The notes beneath the pieces are model-generated. The model was given only the letters and a program-made list of their open reading frames with translations, was not told where the DNA came from and ran no database searches. Made by a program: the position numbers and the translations under genes. Shown in pieces: positions 63,753-64,000 of a stretch of DNA of 64,000 bases (within the stretch, counting starts at the first letter, position 1; the number at the start of each line of letters is the position of its first letter). The stretch comes from a virus: IMG/VR virus record IMGVR_UViG_3300046777_002658, positions 32,001 to 96,000 of that record; one strand, 5' to 3'.

Positions 63753-64000
63753 ATGAATTACCAAGAATACTCTCCACTAGCTCTACGCACCCTGTCCCCC
63801 TCTTTTGATGGTGATAGAGTGAGCGCAGAAGAGTTTTACAAGCTTGTTAAAGGTCTTAGTGTAAGCGGAGAGCTTATTACTCTATTTAAAAAAGCTTTGT
63901 TCTACGGTAAACCTCAAGAAGCTTTAAAAACTCCAGAGAGAGAAAAAAGCTTAACTTTTCACTTCCCACAGTTAAACAACTCAGACAAGTTTAACACCCT
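63753..64000 (+). CDS. Partial MazG-like NTP pyrophosphohydrolase (runs off the right edge)
   Basis: Not in the track; MNYQEYSPLALRT...GELITLFKKALFYGK, open to the window end. Confidence 0.5.
   Translation, partial: MNYQEYSPLALRTLSPSFDGDRVSAEEFYKLVKGLSVSGELITLFKKALFYGKPQEALKTPEREKSLTFHFPQLNNSDKFNT

Noticed and set aside
1-64000. tRNA, rRNA, integrase, transposase, reverse transcriptase/DGR
   Set aside because: None recognised by eye. A tRNAscan-SE or HMM run could still find something I missed.

Overview
The window is part of a large tailed bacteriophage genome (or prophage), very likely a cyanophage: at least 11 copies of the cyanobacterial HIP1 octamer GCGATCGC are present. Bases 1-25.6 kb are virion genes: Mu-like portal, protease/scaffold, major capsid, a tail-assembly-chaperone pair joined by a lambda-type GGGAAAG -1 frameshift site, baseplate-like proteins and a PAAR spike tip. 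Bases 25.9-58.8 kb are a mostly plus-strand early-type region. Bases 59.6-64 kb are nucleotide/RNA metabolism genes (dNMP kinase, RNA ligase, DHH phosphoesterase, MazG-like). The main observation is a putative two-RNA-polymerase transcription system carried by two ~3,920-aa single-chain proteins. (1) 9425-21187 lies next to the tail chaperones, where a tape measure protein is expected. It carries two PLD (HxK) half-sites and, in the correct order, beta-like (RRPGSDTNKG) and beta-prime-like (SGISAI..DEVG, DNDGD) two-barrel RNAP motifs. (2) 30070-41826 joins an AlkB dioxygenase, a two-barrel RNAP (SRAP...DFDGD), a possible SLOG domain and a Pif1/RecD helicase. Two non-sigma70 upstream motif families match this picture: ACAGCCGC(T/G)TAG before genes at 26-30 kb, and about 23 copies of AAAAAAGAWWAGTG, usually after a hairpin, before genes at 42-58 kb. 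All calls come from reading motifs by eye; no database search was run, and novelty relative to the literature is unverified.
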